Source: Lingula anatina (Eukaryota; Animalia; Brachiopoda). Taken from it: a DNA stretch of 64,000 nucleotides. Location of the stretch: contig CM120641.1 in NCBI GenBank assembly GCA_051362555.1, forward strand, positions 37,578,401-37,642,400, given 5' to 3'. Position 1 is the stretch's first letter; each line of letters starts with the position of its first letter. Below the pieces are notes generated by a model. The model worked only from the letters and a program-made list of their open reading frames with translations, was not told the origin of the DNA and did no database searches. The translations under genes and the position numbers were made by a program. Shown here piece by piece: positions 51,801-63,659 of this stretch.

Positions 51801-54800
51801 TTAGCATCCATATTGTTATGCCCTGTAGCTTGCACCTGACATCTGCCCTCTATAATAATGTAATACCTACATAATTAGTATGAAGAAACCTAAGGTAGAT
51901 TTTTATGTATATGATCTGAAAAGGTTGAGAGATTTCAGACAGTTATATAATACAATTCATAAATACATTATTGACTGTGGTAACAGTATGGAGTGTATAG
52001 CTAGAGAGTATACTATCAGAGGGATGGTCCCCATTAATGATTATGACAGATAGGAACCCTATTTGTGCTGGTGTTGTTTTTCCTTAATGTTGTATGCTAC
52101 AGCAGACACATATATCTTATCATCTCCAGCTGATCTGGTAGAAAATGGAAACCCTGGCAGAAAAAAAAACTGCCTTGGTATTAGGCTCACTTAGCTAGTG
52201 TAATGTATTGAATGTCTGAATGTAGGAAGTGAAACCTGCTGCGTAGCATATTTTTGAGTCATTCCAATTGCTGTTGGGTTTGTGTTCAATACTCGGCTAT
52301 ACTGGGATTAATTTGTAAAGAAAACCTGCTGTTGTTTTATGGGTCAGTGGGTAGACGGTCACTCTGCCCCCATAGGAATCCCCTATTTTCTCTCCAGTTT
52401 CCAGATTAGACACTTTAAGTAGTAATACATCTACATCAAGAGGGACATTCTTTTATAATTGGTCACCTGAGCAAAGGGATATTTGAAATTTCATTATTTT
52501 ATATTAGTTTTTCAATTATTGTAGTTATTATAAGATGTAACATGCATCTTTATAACATTAAATAGTGCCATGTTACAGGTGGTTTTATTTTTAACATAGT
52601 CTCTAAATAAATGGGCCAAAACAACAGTCTGGTAGATTGCAAGTCTGTGGAATAGTAATGTATGCACTGTGACTCCATTTTGAATATATTTACCTATAAA
52701 ATCGGTTTGACCTGAACCGAATAGCAGTATTTATGTAAAAGCAGCAAATGCACTAAGAATATAAAGCAGCATTAAACAGTGTCCAAGAGGTTTGATATTT
52801 GATATTTATAAAAACAAAAATCACTGCTTGTGGCCATTTAATGTTAATCATTCACAGCACGAGTCAAAATACGATAATATAGAGCAAAAGTGATTTGTTG
52901 TGCATATGTAATCACAACAGGAATTCACCTACATTAGCCTTAACTCACACAGCGAGGAAGTCATTAATAGCACCTTTTTGAAGCATTTGTGGTTTTAAGG
53001 TCAAGTTATTTAACTTGGCACATTTAAGGGTAAAGCAGATGTTTTATTAGGGTATTGTTAGGTATGAATAAATAATAAATGTTAAAGACTAAAAAGCTAG
53101 TATTTTATTTTATTTTTATTATTTTTATTATTTTATTTTTTTTTGGGGGGGGGGGTGAATAACAAGGGATCATTATGGGGTTTTAAATGTAATTTTTAAA
53201 TATCTTATTAGTTGGGGGGGGGGGGGGGTTAATACTATTTCCTTAACTGAAGATAATGATACTTATTCACTTTCTTGGAAGATGACATCAAAAGAAATTT
53301 CTCTGTAGATCAATAAAATGTCATCTACCTGAAATAATAACTGTGCAGTATCTATTTAGACCAATCTGTTGTTGGAGAGGTGATTATAATTATGTGGAGA
53401 ACATCAGTAGAGGAAGCTGTTTCCATGGTATTGCATGCATCTGAAGCTGGGGATTGATGTCAAATTTTATATGAACGTGTTGTTATTGTGCAGCTGTTAT
53501 TGTGTTTCTCTGATGTAAATGAGTTTATCAAGCAGTAGACTGTTTTGTGATAACCTCACGTGATGAAATAGCACTGTTTATAAAAAATGTGCAAAAGAGA
53601 ATATTGATTCTAAAATATGGCTCTTGATATTGCACATTTCATCTTTTTACTACAGCTCCAAGATATGTTTGCCATATAATTTACATGCACACTTGTAATA
53701 GTGAAAAAAGTAAATAGCAAAAACTGAGTACAAGCTTTGAACAGTATATTCCCCAATTAAACGTACAAATATTATCTACATTTACATATTTGTACATGTT
53801 TATGATTCTTATAGATTTGTTTGAATTGGATTTTGCTTTTCATATTTCTTTGGTATCTAGGTTTTTATCATAACATATCAGTAAAATTCCACCACACATA
53901 TAAAATATATTCATCGGAATGTGCGATATATTGATAATACTTTTTAACCCTTTAGTCACACCAATGCAGATGATAGTATCATTAACCTATAAATTCATGT
54001 ACAGGGTTTCTCTTAATTTTTCAAAAACCCATGTAAATGTAAGGATAGAAACTTACTGAAATTTGTGATGACTTCATTGGGCCTATCCTACTGTTTCACA
54101 TTCCAATATTGTGGATTTAGGATAGAAGTAAAATTCCGGTTAGAATAATTTGAAACAGTGTGATGCATAATTGTATTTCATTGTATGTTTCAGGAGCTGC
54201 TCAAAAAATGTCACCAGTGCATGGAAATCATCGTGAGTGCCAAAGACCGCCAAGCTGCCGAAGCCAACAAAAATGCATCCATTTTATTGGAGGAGATTGA
54301 TCAGGAGAAGAGCAGAGAAGAAAGTAAGAAACTAGCAGCCCAGAGGAAACGTGAGAAAAGGAAAAAGAAGAAAAAGGAAAAATTGGAGAAAGAGAAAGAA
54401 AAGGAGAAAGAGAAGGAAGAAGAGCCAACAAGGTAACTCCAAGGAAATATAATCAGTAATCAAGCAAATACTAATCTAACACTACTGTGTACAGTGTTTG
54501 TCATATAATTGATGTATAGTTCACTCTGATAAGCAGTGAAATGAAAAACATTTGAAAAAAAAATTACTCATTTATCTTTGTTTTACTCAGCTTTTGTTAG
54601 CTATTTGGTTCAAAGGATTTTTGCTTGAAGGAGCCCAAAATAAGACAGAGAAGCCTGACGTAATATTTATGTTGCAGTAACAATTCCACGCCAGAGCCAG
54701 AAGAAAGTAAACCCATAGAAGAGAATGAAGAAGAAAGTAAAGAGAGTGAAATGAAAGAAAGAGTTCCACTACCACCCCCTTCTGCTACCATAAGCACAAC

Positions 54801-57800
54801 CATCGGTGAGTGAAAAAAAAAATTGCCTCAGGATTTCATCTGTTTTTTTCAGTCTGTGTGATAACCATACTTAAACTCTTTGCTGCTGTCTGTTTTGCTC
54901 ACCCAGTGACAGCAAAGATTCACACCACTCAACACATATCAGAACGAGTGATGAAGTGAGGACACTTTGCTTTCAAGACTGTCATCAGTGAAGAACTTGA
55001 GTGTGGATCTAAAGTTCAGAACAGCTTATTAATGTGTGTATTATTATGGATTGGCTTTTCGTGCAACAGAACTTGGCACTCCTATCTTCTTTTTACTTTG
55101 ACTTGAATTATGTACATTTTGCACAAATATCTGTAGTTGGGACACTTATTGCTAAGAAACCAAGGGTGCAGCTCATGTGAATACTGCAGTACATTATAGT
55201 TGTATACAGGGATGTTGACATGGATTTTTCCGTTTTGTATACATACTACGTGTAATGTTTTTACCTATCTCAGCATATGTTGCCTGCCTAGTACCATTGA
55301 AGAAGTTAGATACCAGTTTTGATTGAACAAAATATTAGAAAGTTTTGATGCCACTCAGAATTACCATTAAAACCCTTCAGAGGAACAGCAACAGTGAAAT
55401 GTGCCGTGTTGTATATTCACCCAAGAATGTTGCCTGCCTCTTCTGGTTTTGAGACCACATTGATTATGGAGGGTGCTAATTGAACACTGCAATATTTCTA
55501 GCACCTGCTGGGATGTAGAGTAGATCATATCCTTAATGAGACTTTGTATTATTGTAACAGTGCTGGAGAGACTCCTGTTTTGCTGGAACTGTGATGTGCC
55601 TAGTTTAGCTTTGTTACCCGAGAAGCCCTGTAAGGGATTTTATTTCCAAATATTGATGGGTGATTACTTGTGATATGAAGTTGATTTTTTATTTATTTGT
55701 AACAGTAGTTTTTTCTACAGTTTGCTATCTCTTTAATTCGTGCGTGTTGCCAGGGCGGAAGCCATGCTCAATACTTGTTACCACAATTGCTAGAAAGCAA
55801 TATTGCCAATTTTCTTCAAACTGCCATACCTTTGGTACTGCTTCTGAAACTAGTTATTAACACCCATGGTGTTAATTATAGCAAAATCATGACTCTGACA
55901 TATTTATATCACAAGAGCATTTGAAAGTCACTCCAAGCTCTGACAGCTGTGAATGGAAGAATGGCTAGCATTTTGTATGGCGTTTTAGAGATCGGGTACT
56001 CTTTTTTAATGAGTAAGCTAAGGAGTAAGCTAAGCTATGGAGCATGATTTAAGTATTTTGTAGCTGATAAAATTTTTTACTCACTAAGTTTTTTATCAGG
56101 CATATAGAAAGTAGCCTTCAAGACATAAAGAAGGTGAAAATTTGTAATTCGTTGATGTGTATAGAAAATTATGCAGGTTAAATGAGTTATTTATAAATAA
56201 GTTACTTTTTGTGTTCATTTCAATTAAATGCCATCATGGTCTGATGAATTTTGTATTTTTTAATCTTAGTAAATAAGTGACTAAATGCATTTTCAGGTAT
56301 CACCCTATCCAGAGAACCCAAAAACATTCGAAATGCAGGAACCATTGACACAGAAGATAACATGGATTCTACAAAAAATAGAAACAAAAAGAACAGAAAG
56401 CAGAAAGAGAGACTACCAGACAGCAGACAGAGGCAAGCAGACAGTGTGGGAGAGAACATGCGAATACCCACCTCATTGAATCAAAACAGGAGTAGTTCTG
56501 GTGGAAAGGCTTCGTCCTCTCAAAGAGGGCGACATGAAGACACGGCCACTACCAGGAAAGTAAACAGCGGGGAAAGTAACAGGAAGAGGAAGAACTTGAT
56601 ATCACACAGCAGTTCTACAGGTGAGAAAAAATCAACTGTGACTGGTTTGATGTCAAAGAATTAAATGTTACAGTAGTTCTGCAAGTGAGAAAAAGTCCAC
56701 TGTGGCTGGTTTAATGTAAATGTGCACTTGTAATAATACATTTTATCATCTACATATTTCACTAGGCACTAGTTAATCTGATACCTTTCAAAACTTGTAA
56801 TAATACATTTTATCATCTACATATTTCACTAGTCACTAGTTAATCTGATACCTTTCAAAACTTGTAATAATACATTTTATCATCTACATATTTCACTAGT
56901 CACTAGTTAATCTGATACCTTTCAAAATGAAGTATTTGCTTGACATGCTTTTTTTTTGTATTTGTCTATTTTTAATGAGACCTCTTTCTTTTTTGAGCAG
57001 GTATTGGTGATTTAGATGACTTTGGAGATTTACCTGGTAATATGCGGCTTTCTTCAGCTCCAGCAGGCAACAGGAAAGAAAAGAATTATAAGATGGGTTC
57101 GCTGTGAGTAATTTTTCAATACCAACGTTTTGTAAAGGCTTGTAGTAGTGAAAGTGATATTTTAAAAAATACCTTTAAAATGGGTTTATTTGTACAGTTA
57201 TTACTATGAATAAAATAAGATCCATTCCAAGAAGTATTGAAACATTCTTAGTGAATTTTGGGCCATTTTATTTGCATATTGTATAAATAAGAGTATTATT
57301 TTTGCAGTTTATTTACAGAAATGTCTTTCTTGGTTTTCAGAGACTCTTTTGATGGTGATCCTTTGGCAGCTATGCTGTCAGGAGGAAAATTGACAAATCA
57401 GAACAACACCTTGGTTTTAACTCCATCTAAAAATTCTGGGTCCAGTCCAAGTAAAAAAGGCGGAAAGAGAGAAGAAGGTTGGAAGGAAGTGATCAGAAAG
57501 TGAGTACTCGTTGCTAGTATAAAATCAAAAGATTGATCCTCATAACAAAACCTGATATAAAAAGTGTGTATAATTTTTGTGTTGATGTCTTCAGAATAAT
57601 TTTCTATTAATAGTAAGTAATCGGCTTCTTAATTTTTTAAAGTACATGGACAATGTTGGTTTGATTTGTGTAGAATGTTGTTTTCCAGCTTTGAGACTTG
57701 ATTAACAAGAAGAAGGTAATGTCATATCACGGAATGCCCATATACAGAAATCTTAAGAATCCATTGTTAAATCTACATTTTATTGTTTTGTTTCGTTTTA

Positions 57801-60800
57801 GATCTAAAAAGCTGGCCATCCCTGCATCGGCAGCAAGCATGTTATTAGGTCGTGGCGGTGCCAAACTGAACGCAATCCGTGAGGTATCTGGAGCAAACAT
57901 TGACATTGACAAGCAGAAAGGGCCTGGTGGGGAAAGAAGCATTACAATTAAGTGAGTTTCAAGCATTTTATAAAATATTACCCAGATCCACATGATGTTT
58001 TTGCATATCTAGAAGATTGTCTTAAATGTTGTTTGTGCCAAAATATACCTGATTTTGAAGAATGTTGAAATTGTAGAGCAAAACTGTATACCATCTAGTG
58101 TTTTTTGGAACATTATATCAAAAATGTTTCAAGTTGCATTGTCATTCAGCACTAAAGTGTGAAGGATCGTTTACATCAAACAAATTAAAAAAAAAAAGCA
58201 TTTCAAAAACTGTTAACTGCACCAGTTAAATAGAATTTACAATGACTGGTTTACATATTGCAGTATAAAATTGATGATCTAAATATGATATGTTCTTTTC
58301 CAGAGGGTCTGCAGATGCCACAAGACAGGCACACAATCTCATCACAGCCTTGATCAAAGACCCAGAGAAGGACATAGTGGAAATTTTACCAAAGAGCAGC
58401 AAGTCAAAGTCTTCAACCTCCTCCAGTTCCATCAGCCTGTCCACCATAACTACTACAACTCTACTGACCACTACGGCCAACACCAGCAGTATCATCAGTA
58501 ATGGCCATGTGACCACCACCATATCACAGAGTAAGAAATCGTCTGTGCAGATTGTGCCATCGAAGCATTCTCAGTCCAGTTCTGGCCCGGCGTGGGGAGG
58601 CCAGGCCGCCATCTTGGCGTCTCCAAAAAGAGGGACAGTGAATGGCAAGCCTCTGGCTGTGACCTCTGTGACCACGTCAACTACGATGACGATGAGCGTA
58701 TCACACACTCCATCTAAGAGTCCAGGCACTGTTGCAAAGAAGTTGTTTTTGGGTGAGACTGGAGGGAAAGCAGTGTCAGGAGATGGGAAATTTTCTCAAG
58801 GCTCCCAAAAATCTGAGGCTCACTTACCACTCAACACAAGCAGGCTGCCTCCTCGTTTGGCAAACAAGCAGAAACAGCAACAACAACACCAGCAACAGTA
58901 TCTTCATCAACAACAGCAGCACCAGCATCTACATCAGCCTCCTGCAGCACAACAACAGCAACAACAACAGAGGGTTCCGCCTCATCACCAGCAGCAGCGT
59001 ATGGAGCATCAGCCTCTGCCTATAAAGAACAACAACAAACAGCCTGGCCAGCCCGTTGTGTCTGTACCAGCCACAGCTGTAGTGGCACCCCAGGGCTCTT
59101 CTGTCACCCCAGGGGAGTATTCCCCCTTCAACAACCTCTTCAGCAATGTAGCAGAACAGGTGATGCTTGGCAAGAAAGACGATGCTATGGAGAACAGGAT
59201 GAACTTTGCCAGTGTTGCTGCTGCAGGCGTGTTACCATCCACCCCACCCATGTGCAATGTTGGAGCAGTTGGATCAGCTCCGCCTGGTCATCCCCCTAGA
59301 GAGAGAGAAGACCCCAAGTTACAAGCCAAAGCACCAGGTTACAAGCCCAATGGACAGAGGAACATGTCTCCACAGACCAACACAGATGATGTCTTTAGAT
59401 CTAATCTAGTTGTTAGCTTGCCTGGGTCAGTGAGCATCCCTACCCCTGTGTACCCTGGAGATCTGGGCATGCATAAGGGTCTGTTCAATCCCCCAGAGGC
59501 AGATTTGAACAGAGCAGTTGGGGGTGGTGGCTTTAGACCTCTAGTCAGTTCCTCGTCAGCCAACACATCTCCTAGAGCAGGAACAGAACCACCAAGAAGT
59601 ATGTCAGCTGGGCCAGTGGATGCCTTTGGAAAGCTCCGAGAGGAATATTTCAGCTCAGACCAGCCCATGACTCTGCCGAAAATAGAAAGCACCTTGAATC
59701 CCAATGCCCCAAATTTCACTTGCAGGTTTGGCCAAGCCGCTGACAACATGGCCCCTTCGCAGGGCATGCTCCACTCGGGTAGAGGGAGTAGCAGTTTTGG
59801 CGCTCCAGGATCTCGCCTACCACAACCACTGCCTGCATCAATGCTGAATCAGTCTGGAGGCTTCAACGCTCCAGGTTTGCTTCAGTACAGTAACTTAACC
59901 TCTGAATTTGGAAGTGGCCTGCCTGCAGGAGCACCTGGTATGAACAACATGGGGATACCACCACCTTCTGGGTCAGCCTTTGGTGGGGTCCAGCCCCAGG
60001 GGATGGGTGGACCACCTGGTCAGCCTCAGTTCCAGCCCCAGAGGTCTCTCTCTGGGGGGAATACCCCTGGGACTTCTCCTAGAGGTGAGTAGAAATCCAT
60101 TTGCTTTAGTATGTACATATCTAAAAGTAAGAGATACATATTATATCATTTATGATGCAAGCATCTTGCAGTTTTTTATTAGTGAAAAGGTGTGTAGAAA
60201 TGTGGCTAAAATTTGAGTTTTGTGGACTGAATACAATCATATAGAATTTCTCTTTTTAATAATAACGCATTTTTCAATAGCCATCAGTAGGCATTTGAGG
60301 CCTATTTTTTATCTTTCTTTAAATCGTTCACATCTAAAAGATGTCTTTATCATTTGTAAAATGTATTCCTATCTTTTGTGTCTCTGTTCTCCCTTGGTTT
60401 TAGATTAAAGGAAAAAAGAAAAACATCTTTTAGTGCAGTTTATTTATGTACTGCTAAATAGCTTTCCTATCTTTCATGATGTTTTTAAAGAAAGGGTGGA
60501 GAATTTTCTTGTAGTACAACATTCATTAATCATCTCTCAGGTGACATGGACCATCAGCCTAATACATCTGAGGCAATCCTAAGTCATTCCCCATCTCCCA
60601 CGTCAGACCAATCATTTCCTAGACCCATAGGCAATGAGAGGGCCCATAGGAAGACTCCAACACCTGCAGTTCCTGGCCTGCCCAGTATGGGAGACATTGC
60701 AACCATCTGGAGTCTGGGAAATGGTGAGTTACAAACTTGAGAAAATGATGTAGTTTTTCTGTTGAAGAGGGAAATAGCGTGCCAAGATGTAATTGTAAAA

Positions 60801-62280
60801 AAAAAAAAATTTTTAACAGATATAAGATATGGTAGATCTAAGAATAAGAATAAAAGGTCTTTGGTGTATTTGACAGATGAACTATGTAACAAGCTTTTGT
60901 AATAAAAGCAAGCTGGGCGAGATTGTTGATTACATGTTGAACAGCTGGGATTGTGCAGGACAATATGCTGATTTGACATCTGTTGAATACAACAATAACC
61001 AAAAAATTTTAATGTTATGATAGTGGCTTTCACTGAGCCATCTAAGGAAAGATTTGTTCATTTTTTTAATGTTCCAAAAAAAAAAAAGGTTGTTTGCATT
61101 TTCATTCATACTCGTTTTCTCATTCTTTCTACCACCCTTGTATTCATTGATCCATCCATCCATCCATCCATCCATCCATTCACTCATTCATCTATTCCCT
61201 CGCTCCCTCATTCCAGATGGTCCTACTGACTGGTCCCCAGCCTCATCTGTCCTTAGCAGCTCTGTTATCACCAGCACAGTGATGAGCAGTGGCTTTAGTC
61301 AGCAGAGTGAGGAACAGCAGAAGAAACTGATGATGGGAGGGAGCAGACTGCCAGGCTTCTCAGACACTGGGGCAGGAGAGGGCCAGGTGGACCAGGCTTT
61401 CCAGGTAAGCAGTGAGAAACAGGAATAGAGTAATTTGTGGTGTTATTTCAGACAATTAATGTTGACGTAATGGATCCTTAGCACGATGGTGATAATTAAC
61501 ACGGTAGTGAATTCATAGTGAATTGAGCCTAGTTATCTTGGTAGAACTTGTTGCAGTCTGTGGGGCCCCGTTTTCCTTGAATAACATTTCGTGATATAAA
61601 GGAAAACACGGTTGATATTGAAGTCTTGAACTCAGGTTGATGTATTAGCATAATGGTAATATGTCAGTACATGATTTCCATGGAATGTATTTATCACTTA
61701 GTTCTAACCTTTTCAATCAGGGGTTCCTTGGCACAGGCAGTGTGGGCTTTGCAGCCTTCACGCCAGGTGGTCTGCCTCCAGGGGTGTCACAGCAGCTCTA
61801 TGGTGGTGGCAGTGGTGGTGGTGGTGGCAGTGGCGCCCCAGGGCCTGAGGAGATCAGTGCAATGTGGAGTCAGCCTCTGAAAATGTCTATGGGAGACTCT
61901 TCAGAGGTCAAGAGATCGGGGGTAGGTGATAGTATTGTTTATGTTGATGTCATGCAGTTTTAATGAAGTTATAGTATTGTTTATGGCAATGTTACACAGC
62001 TTGATGTCATAGTATTTCATAATGGTGTGACGGATTTGACGTTTTCTACAACTTGCCTTAATGCACAGTTCTAAAAAAATTTTATTCTTGTTAACAAAAA
62101 AATTTATTGATCAGAGTAAAAAGTGTTGATAAAAATTACAATGCTTTTTCATTTTAAAGGGGAACAAATTGTGTTCCTCTTTCAAGCCTCTCCATTCAAA
62201 GATTATAATGTACATTTTTAATCTTTTTCATCTGATAGGTATGGAGTGCTGCCACATGGACACCTCCTCCTGGTATCTGA
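27348..62280 (+). CDS. ANKHD1: Multiple ankyrin repeats single KH domain protein (Mask; ANKHD1/ANKRD17 co-ortholog), 32 coding exons, about 2836 aa
   Basis: Exons: 27348-27512, 30104-30260, 30797-30953, 31347-31497, 31847-31994, 32445-32678, 33140-33282, 33555-33744, 34053-34244, 34571-34680, 36908-36995, 37233-37360, 37652-37795, 38327-39830, 40073-40636, 40867-41012, 41644-41786, 42311-42416, 42770-42877, 43695-43932, 44615-44811, 54194-54432, 54678-54805, 56297-56620, 57001-57103, 57341-57499, 57802-57951, 58304-60084, 60541-60723, 61217-61404, 61721-61921, 62239-62280. Sum is 8511 nt, in frame, ending TGA. Contains DEDDVSEVESFILD, DPETQARLEALLEAAG, two ankyrin blocks, basic NLS KREKRKKKKK, GWKEVIRKSKK, and a KH domain with GRGG loop. 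Confidence 0.96.
28769..28824. repeat. (TA)n microsatellite
   Basis: Perfect TA run of about 56 bp. Confidence 0.97.
34841..36734. mobile_element. 1.9 kb non-autonomous DNA transposon (hAT- or P-like) in Mask intron 10
   Basis: 15-bp TIRs cagggcttggcataa / ttatgccgagccctg (2 mismatches), direct repeat tttaaag on both flanks, and repeated subterminal ttgtcc/ggacaa motifs at both ends. CpG-rich interior with no transposase ORF. Confidence 0.88.
37845..37900. repeat. (TTTA)n microsatellite
   Basis: Near-perfect tetranucleotide run followed by T and G homopolymers. Confidence 0.9.
48394..48543. mobile_element. 150-bp MITE in Mask intron 21
   Basis: 30-bp inverted arms tagacagaaagctttcatttatgatagatc / gatctatcataaatgaaaactttctgtcta, with TA at both ends. 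Confidence 0.8.
48810..48852. repeat. Poly(T) tract
   Basis: About 43 consecutive T. Confidence 0.95.
56727..56927. repeat. Minisatellite, 3 x 67 bp, in Mask intron 24
   Basis: Unit cttgtaataatacattttatcatctacatatttcactag(g/t)cactagttaatctgatacctttcaaaa starting at 56727, 56794 and 56861; one mismatch overall. Confidence 0.97.
61150..61180. repeat. (CCAT)n microsatellite upstream of the Mask exon 30 acceptor
   Basis: About 7 units decaying into (TCAT) variants. Confidence 0.9.
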
Positions 62281-63464
62281 GGATATTGTTAGTGGAACAT
62301 GGACAGTGGGATTCAAAAGAAAAGATTTGCGCCATTTTGTTTTGTAAAGAGCTGGAAATGGAACCGTAGTTGAGGGACAGATGATGTATTTTATCCTGGG
62401 GTTTTGAAAAGCTGTTAAGAATTGCAAGCTGCAGTTAACAGGGGGGATATGAAAGTTTTCTTCAGTATTTTATAGTTACCGTGGTAACAAGTTGTCTCCC
62501 AAAATAAGGTTATAACTTCTATGATTATTATTATGAAAGATAATAGCACAAGATGGACAATATATGTTTACCAATGGTGACCAGTGTTGGACATAGACAG
62601 TAGAAACAACTGACCAGAATGGAGACTGAGAAAGCTAATTACCTGGATTGGACAGTTTATTTATCACTGATATGGATGTGGATGGATTATGTCATTTTAA
62701 CCTGTGTAAAACACATGGCTACATGCTTGGTTGAGTAGTTTCTTCTATAGCTCGCTTTTGCTCAGAATAGATTAATTGCTCAATGAGACTCTTCGTGTGA
62801 TTTTGAGCTTTGATAGCACAGAACAGATTATGAAAAGAAATTGAGCATTCTGACAAACTGTACCGAGCATATTTCATTTGAAGGAATTACTCAAACATAG
62901 CATTAAAAAGATTAAAAGAGGAAAAATCATTATTATTGTATGGATGGTACTTCTTTGTTGCTTTCAGAATATTTTTCTGTTTCATTTATCGTCTTGTCAT
63001 GACATGACATACATTATGTGTACATGTAAAAGTACAAGTGAAATAAAAGTTGAGTATATAGCAAAACATGTTCGGAATTTTTTTTACGCTGAATTTTTAC
63101 ACAGTCAGTGGTGGGCCCTGTGCAGCTCATATTTTCTTGGAAATGGCACTATTCTTAGCTTGGTGTTAAAAGGGTCCTAAACATTGAAACTCCTATCAAA
63201 ATAATAGTGAAATTAAGGTTATTCTTAGGGTAACCAATCATAAAATCGGTAAACAAAGGTCACTTTACTTAGAAAATATCATTTGTATTTTAGTGACATT
63301 GTAAAATGTGTTCTGGTTGGAGATGCATTAAAATTACGTGAACGTTTTTAAAAGAATGCAGTAGTTATGTGAAAGAAATTAATGAAAAGTATACTTTACA
63401 TGTCACTAGTCATTTTTGTCTGCATATCCATTAAAGCTTCTTATCTTTCCTAATTCAGAACTTA

Positions 63465-63491
63465 AATAAAACCATAAACCATTAAAATAAA
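63465..63491 (+). terminator. Putative polyadenylation signals of Mask (about 1.2 kb 3' UTR)
   Basis: AATAAA at 63465 and 63486, followed by T-rich sequence. Confidence 0.5.
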
Positions 63492-63659
63492 GTACTTGGC
63501 ATTCTTATTGAAATGTACAGAAAGACGTTCTTGATAACTGGTTGATAGCCTTTTTGTTTTTACGTTCGAAATATATAATTACATTAAACCAATGTAAAAG
63601 CAACAAAGGCTTAAAATAACACACGAAAAGAGTTATGAATCAGAAATGTAAAACAAGTA

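Noticed and set aside
56727-56927. Repeat array as a CRISPR-like locus
   Set aside because: Head-to-tail identical units without spacers, in a eukaryotic intron.
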